Assembly (NCBI RefSeq): GCF_009914755.1
Contig: NC_060931.1
DNA: 64,000 nt
DNA from: the human T2T-CHM13v2.0 reference genome, Homo sapiens
Reading direction: 5' to 3' (one strand)
The notes below the pieces were generated by a model. It had not been told where the DNA came from and did no database searches. It saw only the letters and a list, made by a program, of their open reading frames with translations. Shown here one piece after another: positions 39,451 to 53,735 of this stretch. How positions within the stretch are numbered: position 1 is the stretch's first letter; the number at the start of each line of letters is the position of its first letter. The position numbers and the translations under genes are program-made.

Positions 39451-42400
39451 TGACTCGGGTGAGGATTCAGCTGTGCACACACAAAGGGACATGAGTGAGC
39501 AAGCGTCTGGCACGGACACAGCCGGGTGTGGAACAGCAGCCCCGCCCCGTTGGCTCAGAGGCAGCCGCACGCACAGAGGAGCTGTCTCAGCTCAGAGCCT
39601 GGCCTGGCCCGTCCACCTGGCCCTCTGGGAGGGCCGCCCCCCTTGCTTCTCTGGCCAAATTCCTACATCTGGGGTCTCGAGGGGAAGAGGCCGGGATGAG
39701 TTGCTGGGTGGCCCAGCAATAAATCTTGAACAATGAGGTGGCTCAGTCTCCCTCCTACCAAATGGACCAAGTTACCTCTGAGGCCGTGGGAGGTGAATGA
39801 GTCAGTGTTTGTGAAACACTCTGTGGATCAGATGAAAGGGCTCCAGGAGGGGCTGCCCATTAGAGGTGATCACAGGGAGCTTGGCCCACGCCCCCCAGAA
39901 TGAGGGCCAAGGGGCGGGGGCGGCAGGAGGCCTGGACGCAGAGGAGGCCACAGCCAGGCCCCACTAAGCCACCTGTTCCCGGCACAGGCATCCGAGGGCC
40001 AAGGCTGCAGGAACCGTCTCTGCTGGTCACGTCTGGAGTGTGAGGCCCTGGAGGCCCCCGTGCACGTCCGTGCGATGATGCCGCCCACAACCACCGAGAT
40101 CGGCCGGAGGGAAATAAGGCCGGAGGCAGCAGCACCCGGGGTGGGGCCTGGCGTGGCCCGGACCACGTAACCTCCTGCGCTTGGACAGCTTCTCCCACCT
40201 ACCCGGGTCTCAGCACCCTCAGTGGTCTGCGGGGAGCCTGCTGCCATGCAAGTCCCTATAATCTGAGGGTGTGGACGCCCTTTTCTGCCACCATGGCCTG
40301 CTCCAGTCGGGGGCCGTGCCTGAGAGTGGGTGAGGGGGACCTCCCCAGCCCCTGGAGACCCTGGCTTGCCCAGGCCATGTGGCCCAGTGGACACAACAGA
40401 ACCAGAGGCCAGATCCACCCCGGTGCCCACCTCCAGGCCTCAGGCAGCCCAGGGTGCACCGACCGAGGGCCCCACACTGTGCACCACGGCGACCCCTCCC
40501 CAAGGCCCCACCCTGCCCCATCCAGGCCCTCCCATCTCTATCTCCAGCCTGGGGGTCTCTGCCTCTCTCTGACCTGGGGCCTCCACTGCACCCACTCAGA
40601 GCCTGAGCCAGGCCCATTAAAGGTGCAAGGATTATCACGGAAGGTGGAGAGCTGTGCCAGCCACAGCGGCCCCCAGCCCCTTGCATCCACGGAGCACCTG
40701 GGGCACGTCCTGGTGAGACCAGCCACAGGTGGGAGGGAGTCAGCGCCGACTCATGACCGAGCTCTCACCAGCAATTTCTACATTGACTGCACATTGCAAT
40801 GACAATGTTTGGGTGATGGAGTTAAAATATAGGCTCAAACTAAATATTACCTTTTTTTACATGTTTTCAGGCAGCACAAACAGATTTAAAACCAGGCATG
40901 AGGCTGCCGGGCAGCTCTGACCTAGAACAGCCACCTTGTTTTACGGCTGAGGACAGGAGGGCTGAGAAGGAAAGCCCTGTCCCTGCAGGGGCTAATGAAT
41001 GAGAGGAGGGAGAATGAGCTACCCCCGGGAAGAATCAAATTCCGGAGGCAGGTGACCTCTGGGGCAGGCTGCAAGGACGCGGGCCTAGGGAATGGCTGCC
41101 TTCTTCTCTGGGTTTTTCTTTAAACCGCACTGCTCAGCCCAGCCATTTCCAGGAGGCCTCGCCATGGGCACACGCTGAGGCAGGTGGCGGCGCCCGCCTG
41201 GCCATTGGCAGACGTGGCTGTGCTAGGCGCCTTTTCTTTCTCAGCAGGACCCGGGGTGAGGAAAGAGACATGCCGGTCACTCAATGAAATAACCATGGAA
41301 ACGCTGGATTCAGCGGAGGCGTCCACCTGCCCAGCCGCTCCCCCCGGAACTTCCTCCTTCAGTCCGGGGACCGCATCCAGCTTCTCCGGGGCCCGCGTGA
41401 AACAGGCTCGCCCCTCACCCGGCAGCCACCCAGAGTCCCGGCTTATCCATCACTGTCAGGCTCCGAGAGCAGCTCTGTTCTGAACGCCCGGCCGCTTCTG
41501 CAACACACAGGAGGGAACAGGGGTCCACGTGAGACCGGCCACTGGCAGAGGCCTGGGTCAGGCTGAAAGGTGCCTTGCGAGATGGGCACTCGCCAGCCTG
41601 CTCCAGCCAGAGCCCAGTTCCTTCTGAGAATCACACGGCCAGACAGAGGCTTGCTGAGAAGTGGGTGTCCTCCTCTCTGTCCAGCCCCAGCTGCACGGAA
41701 GCGAAGCCGGCCCCAGCGTGACTGAGTCCAGAGCCCAGCCCTGAGCACTCACCAAGGGCCAGGACGAGTCAGTGTGTGGGGCAGGTGCCGCCCCCACGAC
41801 CTCATTCCCAAGCTCCCTCTGTGTCCCCGCAGCCCGTGCTGGCCAGGGAGGCAGGAGGGCATGGCAGGTGCTCCCAGAGCTCGCTTCTCTGCGCGTTCCC
41901 GCCGCCCTCCCTCCCTGGTCCTGCGGGCTGCCGGCCTCAGGATCCAGGTCACCTTAGGTGGCAAAGTTGGAGCCGTGCCCCACCTGCCTTCACTGGCTCA
42001 TGTTGACTCCTTCATCTACGAGACAGTCTGAGCTTGAGGCTTGGAAACTCTCCTCTGCCGGACCTAGCTCTGGGCCATGGATGCACAGAGCCCTGAGCTC
42101 AGAGACCAGGAGAGGCTGGCACCATGCTCCACCCAGCAGGTGGCTCCAGGTCATCTGGAGTGTCCCAAAGCTGCAAGGCTGAGGGAGGCTCCCCCTTCCT
42201 GGAGGGGCCCAGGCAGCCCTTGGGATGGAGCCAGGGACGGTCCCTGACCCCAGGAGCTCCCTCTCCTCCCACGCCTTCCACAGACCCATCTCCCTCAGGA
42301 CTGCCTTAACTTGGGGTCACCTAGAAATAGGTTTATGGGGAGGCCATCCCAGGGAACTTTCGCAGGAATGAGGGCTGAGATGGGGAAGGGCTGTTGTCAC

Positions 42401-42707
42401 CACCATGGGGGATTGCTCCAGTGAGAGGGCCAGCACGGGACCCTCAGAGTCTTCCCACCCAAGGGTCATGAGATCCGGGTCAGAGGTCACAGGCTGCTCC
42501 TAGGGCCTCTAGATCTCTGGAGAGCCCTTGGCTGCAGTTTGCCGATGCCAATGGCTGGAGGTCAGCTGGCACTCCCACCACGATGGCCAGCGGACAACAA
42601 CAGTGTGGGCACAGTGATGGGCACCCCCCCGTGTCCACTCGGCCGGGCTGCAGTGCCCAGCGGCACGGTCAAGCCCCATCCAGATGCCACTGTGGCTGTG
42701 CTGCAGG

Positions 42708-42992
42708 TGTGATGGACACGCACAATTGGCTAATTGCAAGTGCTGCAGATCACGAGATGTGGCTGGGCCTCAGCTGCAGCTGAAGATGAACGCCGAGGCT
42801 TCCTGGAGAAGGATTTCTGCCCCAAGACTGCAACATAAAATCCTGCCCGGGCTCCCAGCCTGCTCCCCTGCGGGTCTGCCCTGCAGATTTCAGATTCATC
42901 AGCCTGGACCATCACATGGGCCAGCGCATTAAATCAATCTCCCTGTGTCTGTGTCTCTGTCTCTCTCCCTCCAAAGGGCGCTGACTGATACG
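42708..42992 (+). mobile_element. MLT2-like (ERVL) LTR, internally deleted
   Basis: Starts tgtgatgg; tgccctgcagatttcagatt...ttaaatcaatctc...ctgactgatac end. Confidence 0.6.
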
Positions 42993-44067
42993 GGACCCTC
43001 TGTGTCTCTGCCTCAGGGCCAGGCTCCAGCCCCCGAGAGCCCCTGGTGGCTCAGCCTCTTCCCCACAGCCCTGCCCTCCACGAGGACGCTTTCGGCCCTT
43101 GGTGCTCTCTGTGTTACGGATTTATAGGGCTGTGCCCTGGGCCTGGACCTAAGGGGGTCGGGAGCAATGTCTGGACTTCCTGCCACCCTCAAGGTACGCA
43201 GGTATGTGTGTGCTCAGGATGATTTATGTAGAGGAAACTGGGGGGAAACTCCTTGCAAATAAACCTCTGAGATCCTACAGACCTCAGGGGGATGGCAGCA
43301 ATGGTCGGAGCCCACTGCTCAGTCTGCAGATGGAGAAACTGAGGCCCAAAGAAGGCTTTGGCCTCTAGGTATGCCCTTGATTTCTGACCCTTAAGAGAAG
43401 CTGAGGAGTATGAGCATTTACTGTGCACTGTGTGGGCTGGTTCCACCTCCCTGAGATGTGGAGGACAGAGGCCCCTGTAACCAAGGCGAGAGTGACGGTC
43501 CTGGGGACTCCCGCCAGGCAGGCTGGAATCTGGTGGTACTGAGAGTGTCCTCTGCACACTCCAGGGGCAGCCATCTCAAGGACAGTGGCCATGCAGGGAT
43601 AACCCTCATTCGAGCCAACTGGGCATTCTCTATGGGTCCCTGTGCCCCCAAGCCCCAGGAATGGACTGGAGCCCTGGGTGTTGGCCACGATCACTGCAGA
43701 AGGGAAGGTGAAGAGGAGGCAGAGGTCAATGTTCCTTCTTCCGGGTCCAGGGCCCAGCTCACACACCAGGCCTTGTTCTGGGCCCTGAGAGTATACTGCT
43801 GCCCTTACCAAGACCAAGCCCTCCCTGCACTGAGCAGTGGCCCCAGACCCAAGATGCCAGAGAGCTTCTGGTGTGGAGAATCGTGTAGAGACCACTGGGC
43901 CCAAGGTCTCCTTTTTACAGTGGGGAGACAAAAGAGACTTGTCCAAAGTCAGCTAGGGCCCCAGTATCCCAGAACGCCCATCCCCAGCCCCTGCCAGCCC
44001 TCTTTTTCATTCTCCTACTCCTGAGCAGTAACGGGAGATGGGGCCCACATTGTGATGGAGTTTGGAA

Positions 44068-44460
44068 AGTATTTTAGGGTACTGCAGCTGTCATCACAAA
44101 AACCACAAGCGGAGGGTCTTAAACAACACGGATTTATTTCTCACAACTCTGAAGGCTGGACGTCTAACATTAAGGAACCAGCACAGCTGGTTTCTCCACA
44201 GGCCTCTCTCCTCAACTTCTAGATGGCAGCCTTCCCCCAGATCCTCACACGGCCTCTCCTCTGTGCACAGATAGTGGGGATCCCTGGTGTCTCTTCCTCC
44301 TCCCATAAGAACACTGGTCCTACAGGATTAGGATTAGGGCCCCAACCTTATGGGATCATTCAATCTTGTTACCTCCTTAAACGCCTTGTCTCCAAATATA
44401 GTCACATGGGGGATACAGCTTCCACCTATAAGTTTGGAGGATGCCATTCCATTCGTAACA
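44068..44460 (-). mobile_element. MaLR solo LTR (MLT1B-like)
   Basis: cttaaacaacacggatttatttctcacaactctgaaggctgg...ggattagggcccc...tctccaaatatagtcaca...cgtaaca. Confidence 0.8.
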
Positions 44461-44585
44461 GAATCAAATGCTAGAGTGGAACTACTCTATTTAAAAGCTC
44501 CAGTGTATCCAGGCCGCAGCACATAACGAGGTAGGAAGAGCCGGAGAAGGCCTGGCTGGCCCTGGGAGACACGTCCATCTCACTG

Positions 44586-45055
44586 CTGGTTCATAAGCAT
44601 GTGGGCACCCGGGAAGCTGGAGCGTGGCCTGTGTGACGTGGGCGCCCACCACCACGATGAGGCCGGTTCATAAACATGTGGGCACCCGGGAAGCTGGAGC
44701 GTGGCCTGTGTGACGTGGGTGCCCACCACCATGATGGGGCCGGTTCATAAACACGTGGGCACCCGGGAAGCTGGAGCGTGGCCTGTGTGACGTGGGCGCC
44801 CACCACCAGGATGAGGCTGGTTCATAAACAGGTGGGCACCCGGGAAGCTGGAGCGTGGCCTGTGTGGCATGGGCGCCCACCACCACGATGGGGCTGGTTC
44901 ATAAAAACACGTGGGCACCCGGGAAGCTGGAGCGTGGCCTGTGTGACGTGGGCGCCCACCACCAGCATGAGGCTGGTTCATAAACATGTGGGCACCCGGG
45001 AAGCTGGAGCGTGGCTTGTGTGACGTGGGTGCCCACCACCAGGATGGGGCTGGTT
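44586..45055. repeat. 77-bp minisatellite, 6 copies
   Basis: Unit ggttcataaacatgtgggcacccgggaagctggagcgtggcctgtgtgacgtgggcgcccaccaccacgatgaggcc. Confidence 0.95.
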
Positions 45056-46116
45056 GTGTCACCATCAGGCGAGGAAGCCATCACACACTGCACTGCCGAG
45101 GGGGAAGGAAGGAGGAAGAAGACGAGAAAACGACAGTGACGCCACTGCTCCCGCCCGAGTCACCTCATTGGACCCTCACGGTGATCCATGCTGAGCCCGC
45201 ATTGGCCAATTTTTAAAGAAAGGGTCATTGGTTTGCCTCAAGTCATGCTGACTTCCTTGGGGTGAAGTCGATTTGCACCCAGGGCCCTCAGACTCCAGGT
45301 CCAGTGCTCCTTCCACCCCTCCACGCTCGCCACACCCACACACAACCAGCTGTGCAGAGGAGGGGCAGGCTCTTTCCGGAGCTGGCCGGGCAGCGAGAGG
45401 TCCCTGGCTGCCAATGCTGGCTGTTCCCGCAGCTGATACTTGAGCCCTGGACATGGTTATTTTTTATCCATTAAGTAATTCCGGTGGAGGCCAGAAAGAA
45501 ATTGAGACCCACCTTGGCCAGGGCCAGCAAGGCTGCCGAGATAAAAGGTCACACTGAGGGTGGCTGTCCAGCCTCCTCTTGTTCCAACCCAGCTTCCGAA
45601 TGAAAGCAGGACTCCAGGAAACTCACAGGTGTCCACCCACAGCACCCAGCCACCACCCAGCCCTTGGGGCAGCTCCCTGCTGAGAAACGGCAGCAGGGAG
45701 ACTGACCGCCTGGGTTCAGACCCCAGCTGGCTTCTCCCCAGCATGTGGGCTCCTCCCCCAGCTCTTCTCCTGTCTGCAAATTGGAATCTCCCCTACAGGA
45801 GTTCAGGTGAGCTCATTGCTGTGTGAGGAGCCCAAAGTGTGCTCGGCGCACAGCAGGTGCTCAGTAAATGTGGCTCCCAGCCTGTTGCCTGCCACAGGCT
45901 CAAGGGCTCTGTGGAACAATGCCTGGCACTCAGAAATGCCCCCACAGGGCCCCCAGCCCTGAGGGCAAAAGACATCGTGAATCCCTTTGGTTTCTGTGCT
46001 TTATTTCCCCCATGCCTTAAAGCACTGGAGTATCAGCCTCATAGGGTGGGGCTGTGTCTTGTCACTGCATCCCCTCACCTAGAGCCACATCTGACTCAGA
46101 GGAGGTAACAATGGCT

Positions 46117-47475
46117 AATGGATGGATGGATGGCAGATAAAGGATGGATGGAGGATGGATGGATGGCTGGACGGATGGGTGGATGAATGGATGGATGGAT
46201 GGAGGGATGGATGGACGGATGGACGGACGGACGGACGGATAGATGGATGGATGGATGGATGGTAGATGGAGGATGAAGGATAGATGGTGGAAGGACGGAT
46301 GGTGGATGGTGGATGAATGGATGGTGGATGAATGGATGGTGCATGAAGGATGAATGGTGGATGGATGGTGAATGGTGGATGGATGGATGGATTGTGGATG
46401 GTGGATGGATGAGAATGGAGGATGAATGGTGGATGGATGGATGGATGAATAGATGGATGGATGGTGGATGGATGGTGGATGAACGGAGGATGAATGGTGG
46501 ATGGATGGATGGATGAATAGATGGATGGATGGTGGATGAATGGAGGATGAATGGTGGATGGATGAATGGATGGAGGATGAATGGTGGATGGATGGATGGA
46601 TGGATGGATGAATAGATGGATGGATGGTGGATGGTGGATGGATGAGAATGGAGGATGAATGGTGGATGGATGGTGGATGGTGGATGGAAGAGAATGGAGG
46701 ATGACTGGTGGATGGATGGTGGATGGTGGGTGGATGGATGGATGGAGGATGAATGGTGGATGGATGGATGGACAGATGGATGAGAATGGAGGATGGATGG
46801 TGGATGGATGGATGAGAATGGAGGATGGATGGTGGATGGATAGATGGATGGATGGTGGATGGATGGATGCATGAATGGATAGATGGATTGATGGAGGATG
46901 AATGGTGGATGGAGATGGATGGAGGATGGATGGTGGATGGATGGATGAGAATAGAGGATGGATAGTGGATGGATGGATGCATGGATGGATGGATGGTGAA
47001 TGGTGGAGGGATCGTGGATGGTGGATGGATGGGTGGATGGATGAATGGTGGATGGATGGGTGGATGGATGGATGGATGGTGGATGGAGGATGGATGGATG
47101 GATGGATGGATGCATGAATGGATGGATGAATGGTGGATGGATGGTGTATGGAGGGATGGAGAATGGAGGATGAATGGTGGATGGATGGATGGTGGATGGA
47201 GGATGAGTGATGGATGAATGGATGGATGGATGGATGGATGGATGGATGGATGGAGGATAAAGGATAGATGGTGAATAGATGGATGGTGGATGGAGGATGG
47301 TAGATGGGTGAATGGATGAGTATGTGGATGGGTAGATGGATGGGTGGGTGAATAGATGAATGGAGGGATGGATGGATGGATGGATGGATGGATGGATGGA
47401 TGGGAAGGTGGGCGGGTGAATGGATGAGTGGGTGGGTGGGTGGGTGGATGGATGGATGGGTGGGTGGATGAATGT
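46117..47475. repeat. Complex (TGGA)n microsatellite, about 1.36 kb
   Basis: ggat/ggtgga/gaatgg mixture. Confidence 0.97.
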
Positions 47476-49432
47476 GGACAGACTGGCATAGCCCACATGG
47501 GTTCTAGCCCTTCAGCTGGGCAGTTGGAGGAGGTTTCTCAGCCTGGGGCTCTTAGCCTCTGTTTCTCTGAGGAGTCCCAGGCCCTTCTTTGCAGCTAGGA
47601 AAGTCAATTCCCCAAACCCCTCCCCTTTCAGTATCTAAATTGAGCAGATTCTACTTGAGGGAAAAGAGCCCCAGGTGAGCTGGACATCTCCCATCCCTCC
47701 ACACTCTCCCAGTGGCTCCAGGGACAGGTGAGAACTCCCTGCTGCTCCCTAGGCACCCACTGGGTGCTCCCTGTGCCACAGGAGTTGACGCACAGCACCC
47801 TGCAGGGGCTCTGCTGGGGAATCTCATCCTGTTTACACGGCAGAGCCTGTGGTCTATCCCATAGCCACTGCCTACCTTGTCCATCCTGCAGCCACCACCT
47901 ACCTTCTTGGCCACTGAGTTAGGATCTGGGGTAACCCCGAGGCAGCCCTTACCCTCCCTTGACCTTTGAAACAGGGTCTTTGACCCCACTGGTGGGCTCT
48001 GAGAAATATCTCCCCTTTCCTTCCACCCACTTCCCCACCAGGAGGCTGCACCTGCCAAAGCCCTGTGACGTTCTAGGGACATTCACTACCCTTTGCATGA
48101 GACGGAGGCACACGCAGAGACCCAGAACCTGGGCCGTCAGCTAAGGGTCAGCTCAAAGCTTCCCAGGTCCCAGATACCAAAGGGTCCTGGGGCCTCCACT
48201 CTGACACAGGAGCTGGAGCCCTGCCCCAAGCTTGCCCACACTCACAGAGCCAGAGCCAGAACCATCCATCCTGACCCAGGAGGGCCTCCCCGGCCTCACA
48301 GCCTCCGAGCCCAGCTCTGCAGAGGTGGCGCGCCCAGCGGGAGCTGTAAACGGGATGTGTCTTTAGCCTTGCTGCCAACTCTTGAGAAGCACGCCCCAGA
48401 GGCACAGGCCCTTCCAAGTTTCTCCCTTTTCTTTCTTCAAAATGCAGTCATTGGCTCCCCATCAAGAGGCCTCCTCTGAGTTGTGAGTGTTTCTCCCTCT
48501 GCGAGCTCAGCCTTGTGTCTTGACCCCCAGAAATGGTCTCAGTGCTTCTTCCTGAGACCCCCGGAATCCAAGGGGCATGGCCCCCAGCCAGGGTCCCCGG
48601 GGTCCTGACTCCACCCAACCACACACAGACTCCACTTCCAGCAGTGAGTGAGGCCCCTTGCCTCCGGGGCAGCAGCCACTTGTGTGGGGAGAGGTTGGGG
48701 TCAGCTGATGTGGGCTGGGGGCACCCCAATCTCCAGCTGGCCTAGAGTCTCCGAGAGCAAAGCAAGTCGGAACCGGAGCCGTGTGAAAGTCCGGCAGTGG
48801 CGGTGGTTCTCCTGCTGCCCTGCACATGCCATGGTCAGAGTGGCCACAGTGCCCCCATGATGTGCTGCAGGGGCGAGGCGGGGCGAGGCAGGCCTGCGCC
48901 AGGGAGAGATGGCCTGGCCCCACCAGCCAGCGCCCCGTCACCAGCACCCCATCACCCTGCATGCCCTCACCCTGTCTCCTTGGGTCCCTCTCCCTACTCA
49001 GCACACACGGTGACCTTTCAGGTTCTCCAGTGGGTCCTTTTGGACTCAGAGTAAGACCCTCACCCCTCCCTGGCCTGCCAGACGCTCTAACATCTGGTCC
49101 CCATTCCCCCAAGCCCTGCCTGGCATGCTGTCCTGGTCACCCCCCTAGACCCCGTCCTCGTCCTCCAGCTCTTGGCTCAGGTGTGCCCTCAAGAGGCCCC
49201 TGAGGCCCCACCCCACTCTCTGCAGCCCCTGGCCTGCCCCTTCCCCACTGCGGGCTTGGGCCCAGGTCCGGACTTGTTGAGGCCTCACCTCCTCCACTGC
49301 CACAGCGGCAGCCCAGGGCCTGACAGAGCACTGCAGTCTAACAGGCGCCTGCAATCTGCCCGGAGACGAACTGCCCTGAGCATTTGCTGCAATCTGCCCA
49401 TGGATGCAGGAATGAGTGCCTTGAGCATTTGG

Positions 49433-49714
49433 GAAGGAAGAGAAAGGGAGGGAGGGGGAGGGGGAAGCAGTGGGGAGGGAGAGGGAAGAGGAAAAGATGG
49501 AGGTGGGGAGAAGGGAGAGAGGAGGGAGGATGGAGAGATGGAGAAAAGAAGGAGGAGGGAGAGAGGGAGGAGGGAGAAAAGAGGGAGGAGAGAGAGAGGG
49601 AGGAGAAGGAAAGGAAGAAGGAGGGAGGAGGGAGTGGGGAGGGAGAGGAATGAGGGACAATGGAGAGGGAGGAAGAAGAGGGAGGGGGAAGAGGGAGAGA
49701 TGGAGGGAGGGAGG
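49433..49714. repeat. Polypurine (GGA/GAG) tract
   Basis: About 280 bp of almost pure A/G. Confidence 0.92.
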
Positions 49715-50576
49715 ACTACTCCAATAGAGGGGGCGCCTCTTGTCCGAGGGGAGCGAAGGGACACCCTGGTCAGGGGAACCGGAAGTGGTTGGATTCCACG
49801 GGCAGAGGGGGAGGCCCCAGGATGACAGGAATGGCCCCGGCACAGGAGCAGAGCAGTGACCCAGCAGGACATGTTCAGGGCGCCCGGCCTCCCATCTCCC
49901 TGCCTCGTGGGCCTGGATGTGCAGGAAGGTAAGTCAGAGCCTGGCTCAGCCCAGGCTGCCGAAGCTTTGTAAGAAAAATAAACCCCACGTTCCAGGGTTT
50001 CCCTGGCCTCCCGGTCAATGGTGCCCTCCGACGTGAGCCCTGACGGGGGCTCAGGATCAGCCTCCACCTGCCTCTCCCCCTCCCAGGACCCTGCATGGCT
50101 CCCCGTGGCCCATGGTGAGGCAGGGAGGGCTCCACGTGCAGCCCCAAGCCATGCCAACTCTCTTGTTCTCTGCCCCTGGTGCCCTAGGCTCGAACCCCCC
50201 CTGTCTGCAGCACCCAGTCCGATTGTTCCGTTGGGGAGTTTCAGGTGGATCACGCCTTCCTCAAGACCCTCCCAATCCTACCTGCCCCACCCTGCACCAG
50301 CCGAGGACCCAGACTCTCCCCTGGCCCAGCAGTGACAAGTGCCTTGCCCGGCGCCAACAGTGTGTGTGCTCGCGAAGCCGGTGTGGTTCCCTGGACATCA
50401 GTGAGGGCCCCACATCACCCGGCGCGGGGCTGGGTGCTGAGGAGCTGCCTCCCGAGGACTGGGTGCTGCCGCTGCGGAGCCCAGGTCCAGGTTCCTTCCC
50501 CCACCCTGCTGCCCCAGCTCATGTGGCCTGCTGGGCTTGTTTATGTTGCTATTGTTTTTGTTGCTGTTTTGGGGGG

Positions 50577-50869
50577 TTTTTTTGAGACAGGGCCTCGCTC
50601 AGTCACCCAGGCTGAAATGCAGTGGCAAGATCATGGCTCACTGCAGCCTCGACCTCCTGGGCCCCAGGGATCCTCCCACCTCAGCCTCCCGAGTAGCTAA
50701 GATGACAGGTGCACGTCACCACACCCAGCTGATTTTTTAATTTATTTTTATTTTTTGTAGAGATGGAGTCTTGCTATATTGGTGGTCTCAAACTCCTGGC
50801 CCTAAGCGATCCTCCTGCCTCAACCTCCCAAAGCGCCGGGATGACAGGCGTGAGCCAGTGCACCTGGCC
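50577..50869 (-). mobile_element. AluJ
   Basis: tcatggctcactgcagcctcgacctcctggg; aagcgatcctcctgcctc. Confidence 0.9.
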
Positions 50870-52050
50870 TGACCTTGATTTCAGTGGTGGTTTCACAACA
50901 TCCACTTACGTCAAAACATATTGGATTATATTCTTTAAGTATGGGCAGCTTGTTGTTGACAATTTCAACTCAATAAAGCTGTTTTACAAAAAAATATATA
51001 TATATATTAAAAAGACAGAAATGTGATATTGAAATGAGACGGTAGTCATAGGAAAAAAGGTTAATGTGGATTACTTTCTTACACTTTACACCAGAAATAT
51101 ATGTGAATTATCAGAGATCTAATGTGAATGGATCAGAGATAGAATCATAAAATGACATAAAACCACAACGAGGGGTCGTCTGTGCTGGAGGACAGCTCCG
51201 TGTCTGGATTCCGTGGTGAAAAAGGGCGCAGAACTGCGCAGTCATCCCCGTGACAATTTCCCGGCTGTGACTCAGCTTCTAGTTCCCAAGATGCCACCAT
51301 TGGGGGAGGAGGGACCTCCTGTGCCATTTTCACAACTTCCTGGGGATCTCTAACCATTTCCAAATAAAAAGCATTTGAAATTGATGAGCAAAGCCTGAAG
51401 GCCTGGAAGGAAACACGAATGGGCTTTGCTATATTCTCTATATTTAAAAAACAACTTTTGCTGGGCGCAGAGGCTCACACTGGTAATCCCAGCACTTTGG
51501 GAGGCGGAGGCGGGTGGATCACTTGAGGTCAGGAGTTTGAGGCCAGCCTGGCCAGCATGGAGAAACCCCGTCTCTACTAAAAATACAAAAATTAGCTGGG
51601 CATGGTGGCTCACGCCTGTAATCCCAGCTACTCAGGAAGCTGAGGCATAAGAATCGCTTGTACCCGGGAGGCGGAGATTGCGGTGAGCCGAGATGGCGCC
51701 ACTGCACTCCGGCCTGGGCGAAAGAGCGAGACCCATCTCAAAATTAATTAATTAATTAAATAAAATTAAAAACAACTTTTGCTTTTACAAAAAAGATAAG
51801 AAATTAAACAGATGAATGACAAAATGGGAAAACATTTTCAAGTCGTATCATGGGCAAACTTGGGTTTGGGTTAATAGCTCTGACGTATTAATAGCTTCTA
51901 CAAATAAAGAAAAAGGCAAACATTATTTTTTAAAATGGCCCAAAGAAATGAATAAATAACAGAAAAGGAAAATTCCAGTGTCCTTTAATTATATGAAAAC
52001 ATTCTAACACAAAAAAATAGCAAGTAGAAAAATTTTAAACTGAAGCAGTT
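50870..52050 (+). mobile_element. Cluster of old L1 (L1ME/MC-like) 3' fragments, interrupted by an Alu
   Basis: aactcaataaagctgtttt; caacttcctggggatctctaaccatttccaaataaaaag; aaaatggcccaaagaaatgaat. Confidence 0.55.
51460..51767 (+). mobile_element. AluS
   Basis: Full dimer; TSD aaaaacaactttt on both sides. Confidence 0.92.
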
Positions 52051-52189
52051 TTACCAATGGAAGTGTGAATATTAATTTTTTTATGTTGGTATGCTAATCA
52101 GTTAGTAAATTTTTTAAGTATAGTTCAGGCAACTCAGCTAAGTGATCCACTTGTCAACTATAAGTTTTATGAAATCTTAATGTAGGCAG

Positions 52190-52470
52190 AGTATTTCTGA
52201 TGAGAATGTCGTGTGCATATTCAGATGTTCTGTAAGTGTGAAATACAAACAAATTTTGAAAACTTTGTATTAAAAAAGAATGACAATATCTCATTACTAG
52301 ATTTTTTATTGATTACATGTTGAAATGATAACATTCTGGCTATATTGGGTTTGATAAATAAATACATTACTAAAACTGATTTCACCTGTTTCTTTTTACT
52401 TTTACTGTGGCTACTAGAAAATGTAAAATTACGCCTGAGACTCAGATTTTATTTCCATCAGACAGCACCA
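52190..52470 (-). mobile_element. MER33-like hAT-Charlie fossil
   Basis: tattgattacatgttgaaatgataacatt...tttcacctgtttctttttactttt...gtggctactagaaaatgtaaaattac. Confidence 0.75.
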
Positions 52471-52485
52471 ACCTGGACTTTCTCA

Positions 52486-52920
<435 letters not shown>

Positions 52921-53735
52921 TCATTTTCTGTGCCCCCCAAGCTGACACACTGGGGACCAAGCAGCTACTTCCGCACCTGCAGGCATCTGCCTTTCCGAGA
53001 AGGAGCGTTTGCTCGCCACTCACTCACTCCCAGGTGCCCACAGGCCTCCTGTGCACTCCTCAAGGTCCCCCCTCCTACTGTGAGCTCCCCAGCATCCCCC
53101 CTCCTGCCATGAGCTCCCCGGGGTCCCTGCCCTCTCACATTCTCCTTCCTTACTTAACAATGTTCTTTATTTTGTGTCCGATGAGCTCACGTTTTGCTTC
53201 CTGACATCGAAGCCTCGTCTCTGCTCCCCCTGCAATTCCCAAAATGGGAGACAAACGTGTTGGGGTTGAGAGATGGTTTTAGGAGATACGAAGACAGTTC
53301 GAGAGTGAGGAAGTTCTTATACGAGGAGAATGCACCTGTTTGCTGCTAATCCGCCCCTTTGACACTCACAAGCTAAGGGCCCTGCCCCCAGGAGCACCAG
53401 CCAGAAGCACGCACCAGTGTTTCATTCTGTCTGTGTGTGATGTTCGAATTAACCTCAATTCATGGCAGGAGATGCTAGGTTTTTACTGGAGATACTGCAT
53501 TTCTCTTTAATTATTTAAGTTTTTTTAAGTGATCTAATTTTATATCAGAGGGAGAATGCAATTTTTAAAAAAAGGAAGGAAAAAATGAGTTAATTTTTTA
53601 AAACACACTGAGTAAACAGCAAACAACATCGCGCAGGTCAGGGAGCGAAAGCAAGAAGGGCACCAGGCAGTGGCTGAAATTTAAGGACCCGAATTGGGCC
53701 ACACCCTCACAGCACAGGGGGATAAACTGAGGCCC

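Noticed and set aside
46062-47498. His/Pro/Ser/Ile-rich ORFs of 466-478 aa
   Set aside because: Translation of (TCCA)n. The array is GGAT-based, so it is neither HSATII/III nor a GGAA (EWS-FLI1) microsatellite.
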